DNA of 64,000 bases, from the NCBI GenBank assembly GCA_963713045.1, contig CAVQKE010000007.1, forward strand, positions 512,001 to 576,000, read 5' to 3'. Source of the DNA: an uncultured delta proteobacterium. Its GTDB lineage: Bacteria > Myxococcota > Myxococcia > Myxococcales > Myxococcaceae. The position numbers and the translations under genes were made by a program. The stretch's first letter is position 1; the number at the start of each line of letters is the position of its first letter. Under the pieces are notes generated by a model that saw nothing but the letters and a program-made list of their open reading frames with translations, had not been told where the DNA came from and searched no databases. Positions 1 through 10,398 of the stretch are shown piece after piece.

Positions 1-2
1 AC

Positions 3-149
3 CTGGCGGAGTACTTGTCGCTGAGCTTCGATGACTATCGCAAGCATCCGGAACAAATGCCCAACACGTGGGGCAACTCCTTCGAGGCGGTCCGGGCGTG
101 TATCGCCCACTTATTTCAGAAGGAGCCCCCCGGTGGCCCGGAGCCGTAA
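3..149 (+). CDS. 3' end of a gene entering from the left edge (partial, unknown product)
   Basis: Open frame from base 3 (LAEYLSLSFDDYRKHPEQMPNTWGNSFEAVRACIAHLFQKEPPGGPEP*) ends TAA at 147-149 and overlaps the stop of the convergent GT2. Confidence 0.4.
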   Translation: MAEYLSLSFDDYRKHPEQMPNTWGNSFEAVRACIAHLFQKEPPGGPEP

Positions 150-901
150 AGCGACCTCCAGTCAAAAATCGGCAGCGGGTTTAGCTCGGATTTTCCGTCA
201 TCGTAGTGGAGCTTTTCTGGTGGTATCTCGAGTCGATCCAGATTAAGCTTCATGTTCTCGTAATGGTAGTTGCTTCCACCGCGAAGCAAGCCAGTCCTGT
301 CCCGGAAGAGACGAGACAACATCTGCTCCCGACTTCGCATGGAATAGTGGCGCAAATTAAACCAGACTGGCCATTGAAGCCCGAGCGGTGGGTTGTGATT
401 GAAAATTCGAATGTTTGTCGCGGAAGCCCGCCAAGCTCGAATTCGGGCCGCGCAGTCTCCGAATAAAGAATAGTGTCGGATTCTAGCTAATGGAGATTCA
501 ACCTGCGGATCGTCTGCACTGGTTAGCCAGTAATTAAAATTATTAAATCGTACCCAATTAAAATTGGACTCGTGCACTTCTTCGATCCATTGATGATACG
601 CCTTCGATCGATCGGGACCCTCTAGTATCTCGTCTTGGTCTGGCCATGAAATCCAGTCATAAATGGATGTGTAGTTCTCGATGAGATGACGGGACATGGC
701 TGGATAGAGTTCGTAAAAATCGACTTCTCTTGGAATTATTCGTGATTCGAGTAGCTCGGCTTTAAATTTTTGAATGACTTCGGCCGTCTGGTCGGTCGAC
801 CCATGGTCCCAAACCACCAAGTCATGCTCTTGATTGAGCAGATAGCGTAAGGCGTCCTCCAGAAGGTCGCCATCATTGTAACACAACAGAACGCCGAGCA
901 T
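116..901 (-). CDS. Glycosyltransferase family 2-like protein
   Basis: GT-A motifs 'LCYNDGDLL', 'VVWDHGSTDQT', 'WISWPDQDEIL'; visibly AT-richer than its surroundings. Confidence 0.8.
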   Translation of the reverse strand: MLGVLLCYNDGDLLEDALRYLLNQEHDLVVWDHGSTDQTAEVIQKFKAELLESRIIPREVDFYELYPAMSRHLIENYTSIYDWISWPDQDEILEGPDRSKAYHQWIEEVHESNFNWVRFNNFNYWLTSADDPQVESPLARIRHYSLFGDCAARIRAWRASATNIRIFNHNPPLGLQWPVWFNLRHYSMRSREQMLSRLFRDRTGLLRGGSNYHYENMKLNLDRLEIPPEKLHYDDGKSELNPLPIFDWRSLYGSGPPGGSF

Positions 902-1099
902 TCGAATGCGAGCCAGGACTTACGTTCCTTTCCGATTAGTTGAATCTCCAGGAAGCCGATACTGGTGTGCCCCCCCCCTTGCCAGGTCTGACCATGAATA
1001 CTTCACGGCTCGGAAAAGCCTGGCGCGGCTGACGAGTTCGTAGGCACCGTGTCGGAGGCGCAGTCGCGGCACTGACGGGCGTCCCTTTAGCGCTACCAC

Positions 1100-3175
1100 T
1101 TACGGGCTGCTCCTCTTTCGAAACCAGTTTCGCATCATCCGGACGCGCGGAGGTACGACCGCAAGGACCCGTATCAACCGATGCTTGACGAAGCGCAGGG
1201 GCATTGTAAGTCGCCACGACTGACTGTCCTTTATGGAAGTCAGCTGAGCCAGAAGTGAGTCATGCGCCCGCGCTGACTGGCGAACGAGGATCCGCTCAGC
1301 GTCAAGCGCCTCATTGAGGCTTTCGACTTGGGCCACGCGGTCTTTGACGGCGCTCTCGAGGCTGACAAGCTGGAGGTCGCGGTCATGAGCCAATCTCTGG
1401 AGTTGCACGACTTCCGTGTCGCGCTGTGCCATCAGATCCCGCAGCTGGGCCACCAAGTCCCCCAGATGATGTAGGTAACCGAGGGCCGGTAGGAGTCCGG
1501 ATGAAGCTTTGCGCGGAACGGCCATGACGTTGCCGGTCACTGTTTTTTGAAAGTCGACCTCTTCCTCGAGCCACTTCTGGACATCCTCCTCGGTGACCAG
1601 GAGTCCTGCCGGCTTCACCAGCGCCCGTACCATGTCCACCAGTGACTCCGTGTGCTCGAGCGAAGCACCGCCGTCAGCGAAACAATACAGAATGCTTCGC
1701 GTCACAACCCACCCCAAGGGGACGTCTCTATCCGTAGACCACTCGCGATCGATTTGGACGAGTCCGGAGCCAGTCTCCAAGAGATTGAAGGGCGTACAGT
1801 CTAGAAAGCTGCCATCAATGATCAGCGAGGACAGGTGACGCTCGCCGTCCTGGGCTGTGCCGGAATCGGCATGGGTCGCTCGCTCCAGAAGAAATCGGAG
1901 CCAAGGCTGCAGCACGGCGACGAGCTTTTCGAATGACCCACTGCGCGCCTGCTCGCTCAAAAATCGGAAGAAGATTTGGCGGCCGGCGACGTAGTCGGTG
2001 GTCGTCCCGTCGATGCGGAGTCGCATCCCGCTGCCGGTTAGCGCCTCGTGATTGCTCGACGAGCTTAGCAACTGTTTCCCCACGAGAATCCCCTCACCTC
2101 GACGGAAGAATCGCGTCTCCGTGGCGAATTCAGGTCGCCGGCCGACGGCGTACGTGGTCGCGAGGTCATCGGAAGGGCGTGGAATCGAGGCTTGATTCGC
2201 AATCACCAGAAAGGAGTTCGCGAACTCGGCGAAGAGCCCATTGTCGGCCAGCGAAGAATAGACCAGCGCTTCATTGAAGAGTCGAAAGGGGCGACCGGTG
2301 TAGTCCCGGGCGCGCGAACGGAGAATGAGCTCGGCCGGATTGAAGTTCTCCGTGTGGAGCGCTTCGTCGGAGACAATGACGGACGGCAGCTTGTAGTCCG
2401 GAAAAGGATAGTAGAACCGGGTGAACGGAAACCCGGCCGAGCGGAGCTCTAAAGCGAGCTCGGCCCGGCCAAACGTGCGAGGCGTTTTCGGACCGTAGAG
2501 GTCCTGAATTCCAAAGAAGGGAGCGCCGACGTGGTCCTCTCCACAGGCGTTGAAGTACTTAAGACCGAGCTTGTTTTCAATCGCGACCACGAGGTTTCCG
2601 TGGGGCGCGAGAAATTCCTTAAGGCGGGAGAAGTAGTGCTGGACCGGGGCCGCGGCTGTTGAAAAGACCGGCGCATACTCGAGGACGCCGACCAGCAAGA
2701 GCCAATCAAACCTTTCCCGGGTGGAAAACTGGACCAAGTCGTCATTGACCACCTTCACATTGGGAAGGTCGCTGCAGCGTTGCGAGGTGATGGCCGCGCG
2801 GCTGAGGCTTCCTTCGACTGCGGTCACCTGCGCCCCAAGCTCTCCGAGGTAGCGGGTGATGGCGCCACACCCAGCTCCCACCTCGAGGACTCGTTCCCCT
2901 GGCCGAAGTTTCAGCGGCCGAATCAGGCAGTGGCGAAAGCGACTGAGGTGGTATTCGGACGGCCAGTCGGTAATGGCCTGGCTCAGCTCCAGCGACGCGA
3001 CACTCTTGTCTTTGACGCTCTGCATCAGCGTCAGCAGGCGCTGTTCAACGTCAGCGCCGTCCGTATACGGGAACGGCGCAGACGGGTCTCGTCGGAAGAG
3101 GCGCCGCTCCTCGTCCCAAATGTAGGCGGGCTCAGTCGAAGGCAACTGGGCCTTGCGGGTCGCGGGTCGAGTCAA
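1100..3175 (-). CDS. Class I SAM-dependent methyltransferase with C-terminal coiled coil (polysaccharide terminator/modifier type)
   Basis: SAM motif 'VLEVGAGCGAIT', 'GVLEY', 'YYPFPDYKLP'; heptad-rich C-terminus ending 'SQSWRLTMPLR', typical of glycan-locus methyltransferases. Confidence 0.85.
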   Translation of the reverse strand: MTRPATRKAQLPSTEPAYIWDEERRLFRRDPSAPFPYTDGADVEQRLLTLMQSVKDKSVASLELSQAITDWPSEYHLSRFRHCLIRPLKLRPGERVLEVGAGCGAITRYLGELGAQVTAVEGSLSRAAITSQRCSDLPNVKVVNDDLVQFSTRERFDWLLLVGVLEYAPVFSTAAAPVQHYFSRLKEFLAPHGNLVVAIENKLGLKYFNACGEDHVGAPFFGIQDLYGPKTPRTFGRAELALELRSAGFPFTRFYYPFPDYKLPSVIVSDEALHTENFNPAELILRSRARDYTGRPFRLFNEALVYSSLADNGLFAEFANSFLVIANQASIPRPSDDLATTYAVGRRPEFATETRFFRRGEGILVGKQLLSSSSNHEALTGSGMRLRIDGTTTDYVAGRQIFFRFLSEQARSGSFEKLVAVLQPWLRFLLERATHADSGTAQDGERHLSSLIIDGSFLDCTPFNLLETGSGLVQIDREWSTDRDVPLGWVVTRSILYCFADGGASLEHTESLVDMVRALVKPAGLLVTEEDVQKWLEEEVDFQKTVTGNVMAVPRKASSGLLPALGYLHHLGDLVAQLRDLMAQRDTEVVQLQRLAHDRDLQLVSLESAVKDRVAQVESLNEALDAERILVRQSARAHDSLLAQLTSIKDSQSWRLTMPLRFVKHRLIRVLAVVPPRVRMMRNWFRKRSSP

Positions 3176-3557
3176 CGACAGACCCCTGGCTTGCAGGAGG
3201 GAGGACTGGTGTGCGGACGTCAGGTGTGAAAAGTCTGCTCATTCTTCGCTTTTGGGGGCCCGGCCGAAAAAGATCGCCGAGCGGACGGTAACCCAACTCC
3301 CGGTCGGTAAGTTAAGCACGGCGGACCGAAGCGGCCTTTTTCGTTCTTTTTGGCAAGGGGTTCCCCGAAAGGGTGCTCACGCGTCTTCGCCGGCAAACCC
3401 GGGGTCCTCCTGCGGTCTTCTTGAGCCGACGGAAAGCCCCGCGTAGACAAACCACTGCCGGCGAAGAATTCCTACTCGCTTCCCTCGGTGGCCCACCTAC
3501 TGGCCGCCATTGTCAATCTCGAGGCCAACACCTGAAGGAGCCTGTATTGCCCTGGGT

Positions 3558-3766
3558 ACGCCTCCACACGCTCCGATGGTGCAGCATTCGGCTTGGGCGT
3601 CGCTTCGCAAACAGCACATCAACCCCGCTTCAGAGCAGGCCGTCGACGCAGCCCGGGGAAGCAGGGCAGCCGCCATCGTACAGACCCGCGCTGCCTGGCC
3701 GCCGTCGCCCCCACAACAAATCTCAGACTCCACCGGGCTTCCGCTCGTGCGCGCCACCACTACCAA
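3558..3766 (-). pseudogene. Decayed partial copy of the Cys-rich lipoprotein gene at 15093-15704
   Basis: Aligns by eye to about 15454-15665, with a 35-nt identical core (3716-3750 = 15615-15649). Translation 'TSGSPVESEIC..GDGGQ...STACSEAGLMC' has indels; the start and the 3' half are absent. Confidence 0.85.
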
Positions 3767-3924
3767 GGAGGTTCCGCCTTGGAAGTCTGTCCTCAATTGA
3801 GGACGCAATTGTTGGCCGGAAGTTATCTGCCGTTTCCATTGGAACGGCGAAGATTCTGAAATCGGCCAGCGCTGCGACCACAGCGGAGCCCATCGGTGGA
3901 AATGCTCCCGAGCTCGAACAGTTC

Positions 3925-4746
3925 TCATCGCACGCCTGCTCCAAAGGTAGATATCGAAGTGCTTGGCTTTATCGAGACACCAACGTCGATGTACTCAGCA
4001 TGTATGCCTTGCCATAGATTATCGATCGACCACAGAACGGTCCTGAACCCGGTGCACGACGAAATCATGTCGACAACGTCGTATCCAAAATCATAGGTAA
4101 CCAAACTTCCGTCCGGATTGATGGGGTTCCCATGGTAGGCTGGCGGCTTAACTAAGTGCTCAATCTCTCCATTGCTAATAATCGCTCTTCGGACTGTAGC
4201 ATTCTGTCTGTTAACCAACGGTGTGGTGAAGATGTGCACGCCACCGGGCCGCAAGGTCCTATACAGCTCACGGAAGACCCGATGCACGTCAAAAACATGT
4301 TCGAGGACGTCCTGCGTGACGTGAAGGTCGATTGACTCATCCGCGAAGGTCAAGCTCTCTAGATTCTCATTCCGGTATCCGTCGATTGTCGATCCCGCAG
4401 CGTGCGCAGGCCAATGGTGCGACTGAACAAGCCTCGGGTACCTGGTCTTGAGATATTGACTGAATCCACGCTGGCTGGGCGAGCTCTCGTGCACAACCGG
4501 ATCGCTGGCTCGGAGCAATGCGCGGTACTTTGCGAAGACAGTCGCGATCGCGCGCTCTCGCGGAATCGACTTGCAGCGGCGGCAGATGTAATGGTCCCGA
4601 AGCCAGTTTTCCTGCGCAACGAAGACAGTATCGCGCTCACAGATTGGGCAATACCCGTCGTGCGCGAATGGAAGGAATGGAACTCGTTCTAGAGCTGCCG
4701 AGATTTCGCGAACCGAGGTGAGAACATCCTTCGAGTGCCCCGCCAT
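3925..4746 (-). CDS. Methyltransferase type 11 with N-terminal CxxC..CxxC zinc-ribbon
   Basis: 'GYCPICE..YICRRCKSIPRER', 'NLESLTFADESIDLHVTQDVLEHV', 'LRPGGVHIFTTP', 'YHGNP'. Confidence 0.85.
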   Translation of the reverse strand: MAGHSKDVLTSVREISAALERVPFLPFAHDGYCPICERDTVFVAQENWLRDHYICRRCKSIPRERAIATVFAKYRALLRASDPVVHESSPSQRGFSQYLKTRYPRLVQSHHWPAHAAGSTIDGYRNENLESLTFADESIDLHVTQDVLEHVFDVHRVFRELYRTLRPGGVHIFTTPLVNRQNATVRRAIISNGEIEHLVKPPAYHGNPINPDGSLVTYDFGYDVVDMISSCTGFRTVLWSIDNLWQGIHAEYIDVGVSIKPSTSISTFGAGVR

Positions 4747-5244
4747 GGAGTCGACCTCTTCTGATCTTCGAACTGCCCGCTGTCAAACGTTACCTTCTAA
4801 CAGACTGCGGATGTATTTAAACCGCACCTAAGCGGGGATGGGGCGCTGTCGTTTGCGATGTCGCTCGGATCTTTGCCTACCGCGTCCTGGTACGCGCGAA
4901 GGCGACAGAGGCGCTCGGCGGGCCCCACGACGGCGCTCTGTCGAGGCCTCGAAGCGTTCCGGACCGAGGCGACCCGCGAGGCCATCGTCGCCAAACCTAC
5001 GGGGCGGAGAGAGGCCCTGGTCAGTTCCGGGACCTAGGCGGCCGGTTTATCCGGCGTCCCGGCGGCGCTCGACACTAGGCTCGTGCGCGGCCCCGGCTAA
5101 CCCGCCCACGACCCCGGGCCGGGAACCGGTCCCAAGGGAGAGAAGTGGCGCGCCTACGCAATCTCGATGATACCGCTCACTTGCGTCGACCTCGCGTCGT
5201 CCCTCTGCTTAACGGTACGTGCTTTCGACGAAAGGCAACGTCTC

Positions 5245-5352
5245 CTCGCAGCCTTTGCAGAGCGGAGCTGGCACAGCCAGGATGAAATCCCCAGTTTCTA
5301 AGCGATGAGCTTGTTCGGGAGCCCAGGCCCGAAGCCCAAACACCTGCTGCCG
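5245..5352 (-). pseudogene. Remnant of a LuxR-type HTH regulator
   Basis: Minus strand reads RQQVFGLRA / GLPNKLIA*KLGISS..QLRSA, resembling the LuxR HTH pattern (GxxNKxIAxxLGIS), with an in-frame TAG and a frameshift. Confidence 0.5.
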
Positions 5353-5363
5353 CAGGCTCTAGC

Positions 5364-6224
5364 TCAAGCGGGCTTGTCCCCTGAGCGAAACTGGGCAGCC
5401 AGCATCTCGTTCAAATCCGTGGCTGGCATCTCCAGTGACGGGTACGAACTCGAATAGTCGTAATGCTGACTTTGCTCGAGCGCGAGGAAGCTACTGTGGT
5501 AGCGCCGCGCTGCCGGACTCAGGACAGCAAACCCGCGTAGTAGCTCCCGCGCCATCGATCCACGCAACGGGAGGAGCAGCCCCTTTCTTCCGAAGTGCCT
5601 GCGAATCTGCGTCACCATGTCCAGCATGCTGAGCGCTTTGGTCTCGAAGCCGTTGATGACGGACGCAGAAGCCCAGTGCACACAGGCAAGGACTAGAGTG
5701 ACGGCGTCACGCAAATGGGTGATTTGGATGTACAGATCAGATCCAAGCACTGGGGCTACTGGCCAGGTGCGGTATCGCCGAACCATTCGCCCAAAAAGGC
5801 CACCGTTACCGATAACGAGTCCGAACCGAAGCGCCACATCGTCTTCGCGAACGAAGTACTGCTCTAGCGCATGTTTTGCACACCCATATTCAGACGGAGC
5901 GGTGGCGTGCGCGGAACATGATGTTACATAGAGTTGCCGTCGGACTCCAGCGGCTCGCGCCTGTGAATGCCAACGCTTGGTGCCCTCAACATTTCGCGTG
6001 AAGGTCCCAGGCGACATGTCGTGAGCGCAATGAACGAGGAGGTCGACGCCCCGAATCGCGTCGGCGGGCAGGTCCTTCCCTAGGGACGAGAGATAAAAGG
6101 GAGCCAGTCCACCTCTCGAAGGGGGACGTCGGCAAATCGCCACGACCGAGTTACCGGCGGCGGCACCGGCAGCCAAAATGGCGTCGCCAATGAAGCCATT
6201 CGCTCCGGTAACGGCGATTCTCAC
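5364..6224 (-). CDS. NAD-dependent epimerase/dehydratase (extended SDR)
   Basis: GTG start at 6224 overlaps the upstream stop (GTGA); 'IAVTGANGFIG' Rossmann motif and 'YGCAK' YxxxK. Confidence 0.85.
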   Translation of the reverse strand: MRIAVTGANGFIGDAILAAGAAAGNSVVAICRRPPSRGGLAPFYLSSLGKDLPADAIRGVDLLVHCAHDMSPGTFTRNVEGTKRWHSQARAAGVRRQLYVTSCSAHATAPSEYGCAKHALEQYFVREDDVALRFGLVIGNGGLFGRMVRRYRTWPVAPVLGSDLYIQITHLRDAVTLVLACVHWASASVINGFETKALSMLDMVTQIRRHFGRKGLLLPLRGSMARELLRGFAVLSPAARRYHSSFLALEQSQHYDYSSSYPSLEMPATDLNEMLAAQFRSGDKPA

Positions 6225-7814
6225 GAAAGAGTCAGCGATGAAGCGACGTGACCGGCGGTACGCATCGCGTTGGCCATGATCGTCAGCGTGTGATTCTTCG
6301 CCGGAAGACACGGAAAGACCGCTGCATCTGCCACGTAGACGAAGCGTGTGCCGGAAAGCCGTCCCGTTGGGCTCGTCGTATACGCGCCGCCGCCCTCGCT
6401 CCGAACCATCGGCAGGGTGCCGCCGTAATGGACTCCATTGCCCGGCGTGGGCGTTTTCACCAACGAGGTGTGCGACCAAAAACCCAGGCGCCGCATCAAG
6501 CCGATCAACTGATGCTCGACTGCGCCCGTCGATACACGGTCCTTATAAATAAGTTCGAGACTTCCCGACGGCAAGAGGCGCACTGTGTTTCCCGGGCGAG
6601 CGGCCTCGGGATAAAAACAAGTGAATAACGAAAAGGCTGGCAAAATGTACTTGCATGCGGCAGTGGAACCGCGAATCGTGAATGGGAAATCCATGATCAC
6701 TTCGCTGGCGAGCAGCGAGCCATAAGTATAGTACGTCGCCTGGACGTACGACTCGGAAGACGGCCCGCGGTAGACGGCCACCAATTGGCCAACACCGTGC
6801 GAAGTGAAGTCGAGGCGGTCACCCACCATAGCCGGGGTTACGAAGGGGACCATGGATACTTGGTTGTCGAGCAATGGAAGGCGAGTCATGGAATCGTCCG
6901 CGGACGCAAGGACGATGCGGGCGCTGTTGAGGCAGCCGGCCGCCAGGATGAGCCTTGCGCCGCTGAAGGTCTCCCGCGTCTCGGAATCGAGCTTAAGAGT
7001 GTGCACATCGACGCCGTTTGGCGTTTCGCAAAACGTCTTCACTAAGCGCCCGGGCTGATAGCTGATGCGGCCATCCCTAATTAGGCGGTCGAGCGTAAAG
7101 CGGGGCGTGTAAAGATACGGGACTTGAGGCTCCCAGAACGTGAGGTTGTCGTAATTGCAAGCCCTTCGTTCGCCGAGGTCCCGACTCAGGACTGCCAGTC
7201 GCGGCCGACCGATCCTGAAGCCATGCTCCTGAAACGAGACGCGGCGACGCTCATACCCAGCCAAAAGCCTTGAAGAGAGACGGTCGAGGGGATGCGGCGG
7301 CTGGAGACCCTCGGTGCTGCCGAAATGAGAAGCCAAGTCGTCGCTTGTCCCCGAGATGCCAATTTCTTTGACAAGCTCTTGATAGTGACCTCGCAGCTCG
7401 GCCAGTCCGAATGGAAAGGGGGCAAGGTCTTCAGCAGTAAACTCGAACGTTCCGGCGCCCCATGCGTTGGCGAGGCCTCCATACGCGAGGCTCTGTACGG
7501 CCGAGAAGCCGTCTGAGAATACAGGCGACAACGCATCCGTCTTCTCAGTGACAAAGCTGAATAGGGGCGCCTTCAACTTCGGACTCAAATACGCCTGAGA
7601 GATGTTGTGCAATGACTCGAACTTCTCGCCAATGAAGTAGGATCTTCTGCTTAGGATCGCTTTGGCGCAACGTCAGAAAGTCGGGGCCCAGCCGTTTCCC
7701 GGCGGGAGCGGGAGTGCCCACGTCAAGCATCAAGATGCGCAAGCCTTTTTTCGCGCCTTCGTATGCGGCAAAAGTTCCCGCAGCGCCCGAGCCTACAATG
7801 ATCAGATCAAACAT
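6221..7814 (-). CDS. GMC-family FAD oxidoreductase, frameshifted near 7645
   Basis: N-terminal 'MFDLIIVGSGAAG' lies in ORF 7545-7826. The rest ('GGLANAWGA', 'HYGGTLPM', 'VADAAVFPCLPAKNHTLTIMANA') lies in ORF 6221-7612. Removing 1 nt in cag-aag-a-tcc-tac-ttc joins the two frames. Confidence 0.8.
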
Positions 7815-8310
7815 GCCGCCTTGCACGGCGCTCGAGGCGCTTCAACAGCAGGAGGCCACTTAGAAAGTAGTAGAAAGTAGATGCGGCATGCCAAAGCAAC
7901 TCTAGGTATGCGGATAGCCGGCTGGGCCGACCGTTAATAAACCGCTGGTAATTGGGGGTCGAGGCGTCGGTCTCGAGCAGAAACGCGAGAATGTGGGCCC
8001 GCTGTGAAAGGGGGTTTCGCGGCCATTTGCGCCTAAGAACAAGTTCGAGGCCCTGCACGTCGACGCGCTCTGCAAGCGCGATCTCGACCACGCGCCGCCA
8101 GACACCCTCATCGCGTTTCTCCTTCGGCGTTCGTGGCTCCCCTTCGGCTGCAGCGTTCCCGCCGAGTACAACCGAAGTCACCGCGGCGCGGTAGCTGGCG
8201 AGGACACCGGCGTCAATTGCAGCCGCCCCAAACAGTTTGGCGCCGAGGAAACGGCCTTCGTCGGCGAATGTCGAACCTTGTCGCTGGTCGAACGAAGCCT
8301 GGGTCGTCAT
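7807..8310 (-). CDS. Hypothetical protein, translationally coupled within the glycan operon
   Basis: ATGA overlap with the upstream methyltransferase stop; its own end overlaps the GMC start; hydrophobic C-terminus. Confidence 0.7.
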   Translation of the reverse strand: MTTQASFDQRQGSTFADEGRFLGAKLFGAAAIDAGVLASYRAAVTSVVLGGNAAAEGEPRTPKEKRDEGVWRRVVEIALAERVDVQGLELVLRRKWPRNPLSQRAHILAFLLETDASTPNYQRFINGRPSRLSAYLELLWHAASTFYYFLSGLLLLKRLERRARRHV

Positions 8311-9104
8311 GCGCGTTCACGGCGCCGCAGCACAATGACGTGGTGCAGGGCGAGCAAGCGTTCCCACGGAGAGAGCAGCTGCTCGAACCAGCGCACGAGC
8401 GGCACTGCGAAGTTCGGCACGAGCTGCCGAAAGTTCAGCCCACCAGAGAGAAGATAACGTCCGTAGGAGCGGAGAGGCTTCATCAGCACCAGCTCGAATT
8501 CGGGGAATTCCCGCTCGAAAGTGGCCCGATCGCGCACGAAGACTAAATAGCTGAGGGCTTGGTTAGCTCCCGACATCGGTCCTTGCGTGGAGACCTCCCA
8601 AGCGCCAGCCCGCTTGTCAAAGTTCTCGCTAGCGAAGAGCCGTTTGTAGACAAACGAAGCCATGGCGCCGTGGTAGGGTTCGATCAGGAGGATGCCCCCT
8701 CCGGGCGCTAGCACCCGGCGCGCCTCTCTGAAGAACCTCCGGGGCTCGGGGAAGTGGTGGAAACAATTTTGGCAGAAAAGGGTCTTGAGTTCACCGTCGT
8801 TGAATTGCATCTGTTGCGCGTCGACAACGAGATCCAATTGGGCGGACGGCACGACATCAGAGGACTTCACGTCTGGGTCGGTGAGCCGCAGCGGAAAAAC
8901 GCCGGCGCCCAATTCAATGCGGAGGCCCGAGCCCTTCAGATAGGTTGCTTCAAGCGCCAGAAATGTCTGGTTCATCTCCTTGAAAACGTCGGCGATCATC
9001 CTCTTTCGGGCAAGGATGACCGCGTGCGCTTTGAGTCGCGCCTCACCGTCGAGATCACTGAGGCGTGCCTCCTTCTCCAGCAGCAGATTCGCAATGGCTC
9101 CCAA
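8307..9104 (-). CDS. Class I SAM-dependent methyltransferase
   Basis: 'IELGAG', 'DAQQMQF', 'NCFHHFPEP', 'LAPGGGILLIEP', 'ANQAL', 'YLLSGG'. Confidence 0.9.
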   Translation of the reverse strand: MGAIANLLLEKEARLSDLDGEARLKAHAVILARKRMIADVFKEMNQTFLALEATYLKGSGLRIELGAGVFPLRLTDPDVKSSDVVPSAQLDLVVDAQQMQFNDGELKTLFCQNCFHHFPEPRRFFREARRVLAPGGGILLIEPYHGAMASFVYKRLFASENFDKRAGAWEVSTQGPMSGANQALSYLVFVRDRATFEREFPEFELVLMKPLRSYGRYLLSGGLNFRQLVPNFAVPLVRWFEQLLSPWERLLALHHVIVLRRRERA

Positions 9105-9261
9105 GACCCACCCTCAGTCGCTTTGTTCGAGCGCCAACTTCCCGACCGAACCTACAGCAGGGCGACTGGCGTCGCCATTGGCTGGCAGAGCCCGTTCTGT
9201 GCTCTAGAGGCTGATTACCGGGACGATTTGCCTCGGGCCTACGTGCATCTGGACTTTTAAC

Positions 9262-10260
9262 GTGCTCTCCTTCGCTCCGGCCACTAGCACACCGAACGCT
9301 GCCCTCCCTCTACGGATGGCCGTGGTAATCCCCAGCTTCCGCGTCGCCCGCCACATCCTAGGTGTGCTCGCTCGAATCGGCCCCGCAGTCGAGCGAATCT
9401 ATGTAGTCGATGATGCCTGCCCGGAGCACACCGGCGACCTGGTTGAGCAGAAGTGTCGGGACGCGCGGGTCACCGTGCTCCGTCACGAGAGAAATCGCGG
9501 CGTAGGCGGGGCAACGAAGACCGGCTACGCTCGCGGCCTTGCCGACGGCTTCGACGTCATCATCAAAGTGGATGGCGACGGCCAGACACCGCCCGAGCTA
9601 ATTCCGGTGCTGGCGAAGCCGATCCGCCTCGGCTTCGCGGACTACGCAAAGGGTAACCGCTTCTACAAAGTTGAGGATGTGCGGGCGATGCCCACGGTGC
9701 GTCTCTTCGGCAACGCGGTGTTGTCCTTTCTTACCAAACTCTCGTCTGGCTATTGGCGCATCTTCGACCCCACCAACGGATTCACCGCCATCCACCGGTC
9801 GGCCTTAGGGCTTCTACCGCTGGAGAAAATCAGCGACGGCTACTTCTTTGAGTCGGATATGCTTTTCCGGCTGGCGACTGTTCGCGCCGCGGTGGTCGAT
9901 GTACCGATGAAGGCCGTTTACGACGACGAGAAGAGCGGCCTAAGGATCGGACGTATCTTGGGACCGTTCCTGCGCGGGCACTTGAGCAACCTCGTTAAGC
10001 GTGTCGGCTACAACTACTTTCTGCGGGACTTCAGCGCCGCGTCGCTGCAGTTGGTCGCGGGCGGCGCTTGTCTTCTCTTTTCCGCCATCTTCGGCACGTG
10101 GCACTGGGCGACCAGCGGTGCCGACCACACCTTCGCGTCTGCCGGCACAGTGATGCTGGCGGCACTGCCCGCAATTCTTGGCCTGCAGCTAGTCCTCGCC
10201 TTCCTATCAGCCGACATCGCTTCAGAACCGACCATCGCATTGCAGCAGCTGCGCGACTGA
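9262..10260 (+). CDS. GT2 polyprenol-phosphate glycosyltransferase (DPM-synthase-like) with two C-terminal TM helices
   Basis: 'VVIPSF', 'VVDDACPE', 'NRGVGGA', 'KVDGDGQ', 'KGNRF', 'DPTNGFTA', 'YFFESDML'. Start may be the ATG near 9316. Confidence 0.92.
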   Translation: MLSFAPATSTPNAALPLRMAVVIPSFRVARHILGVLARIGPAVERIYVVDDACPEHTGDLVEQKCRDARVTVLRHERNRGVGGATKTGYARGLADGFDVIIKVDGDGQTPPELIPVLAKPIRLGFADYAKGNRFYKVEDVRAMPTVRLFGNAVLSFLTKLSSGYWRIFDPTNGFTAIHRSALGLLPLEKISDGYFFESDMLFRLATVRAAVVDVPMKAVYDDEKSGLRIGRILGPFLRGHLSNLVKRVGYNYFLRDFSAASLQLVAGGACLLFSAIFGTWHWATSGADHTFASAGTVMLAALPAILGLQLVLAFLSADIASEPTIALQQLRD

Positions 10261-10398
10261 GCTTCCCCTGGGTTTCGACCGCATCGGTCCGCAACGGACC
10301 ACGGGCGGACTCGTTGCTCCTCAAACTGGCTCCCCGAAGACTCGCATGAGTAGGCACCCCGAGGGCAAACTCGCAGCGCACTGACATAGGGAAGTCAA

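Noticed and set aside
4988..5055. Second GEMM-like word set (CCAAACC..GGGGCGGAGAG..GGTC..GACC..GCCGG)
   Set aside because: No P2 stem with tetraloop and too many mismatches.
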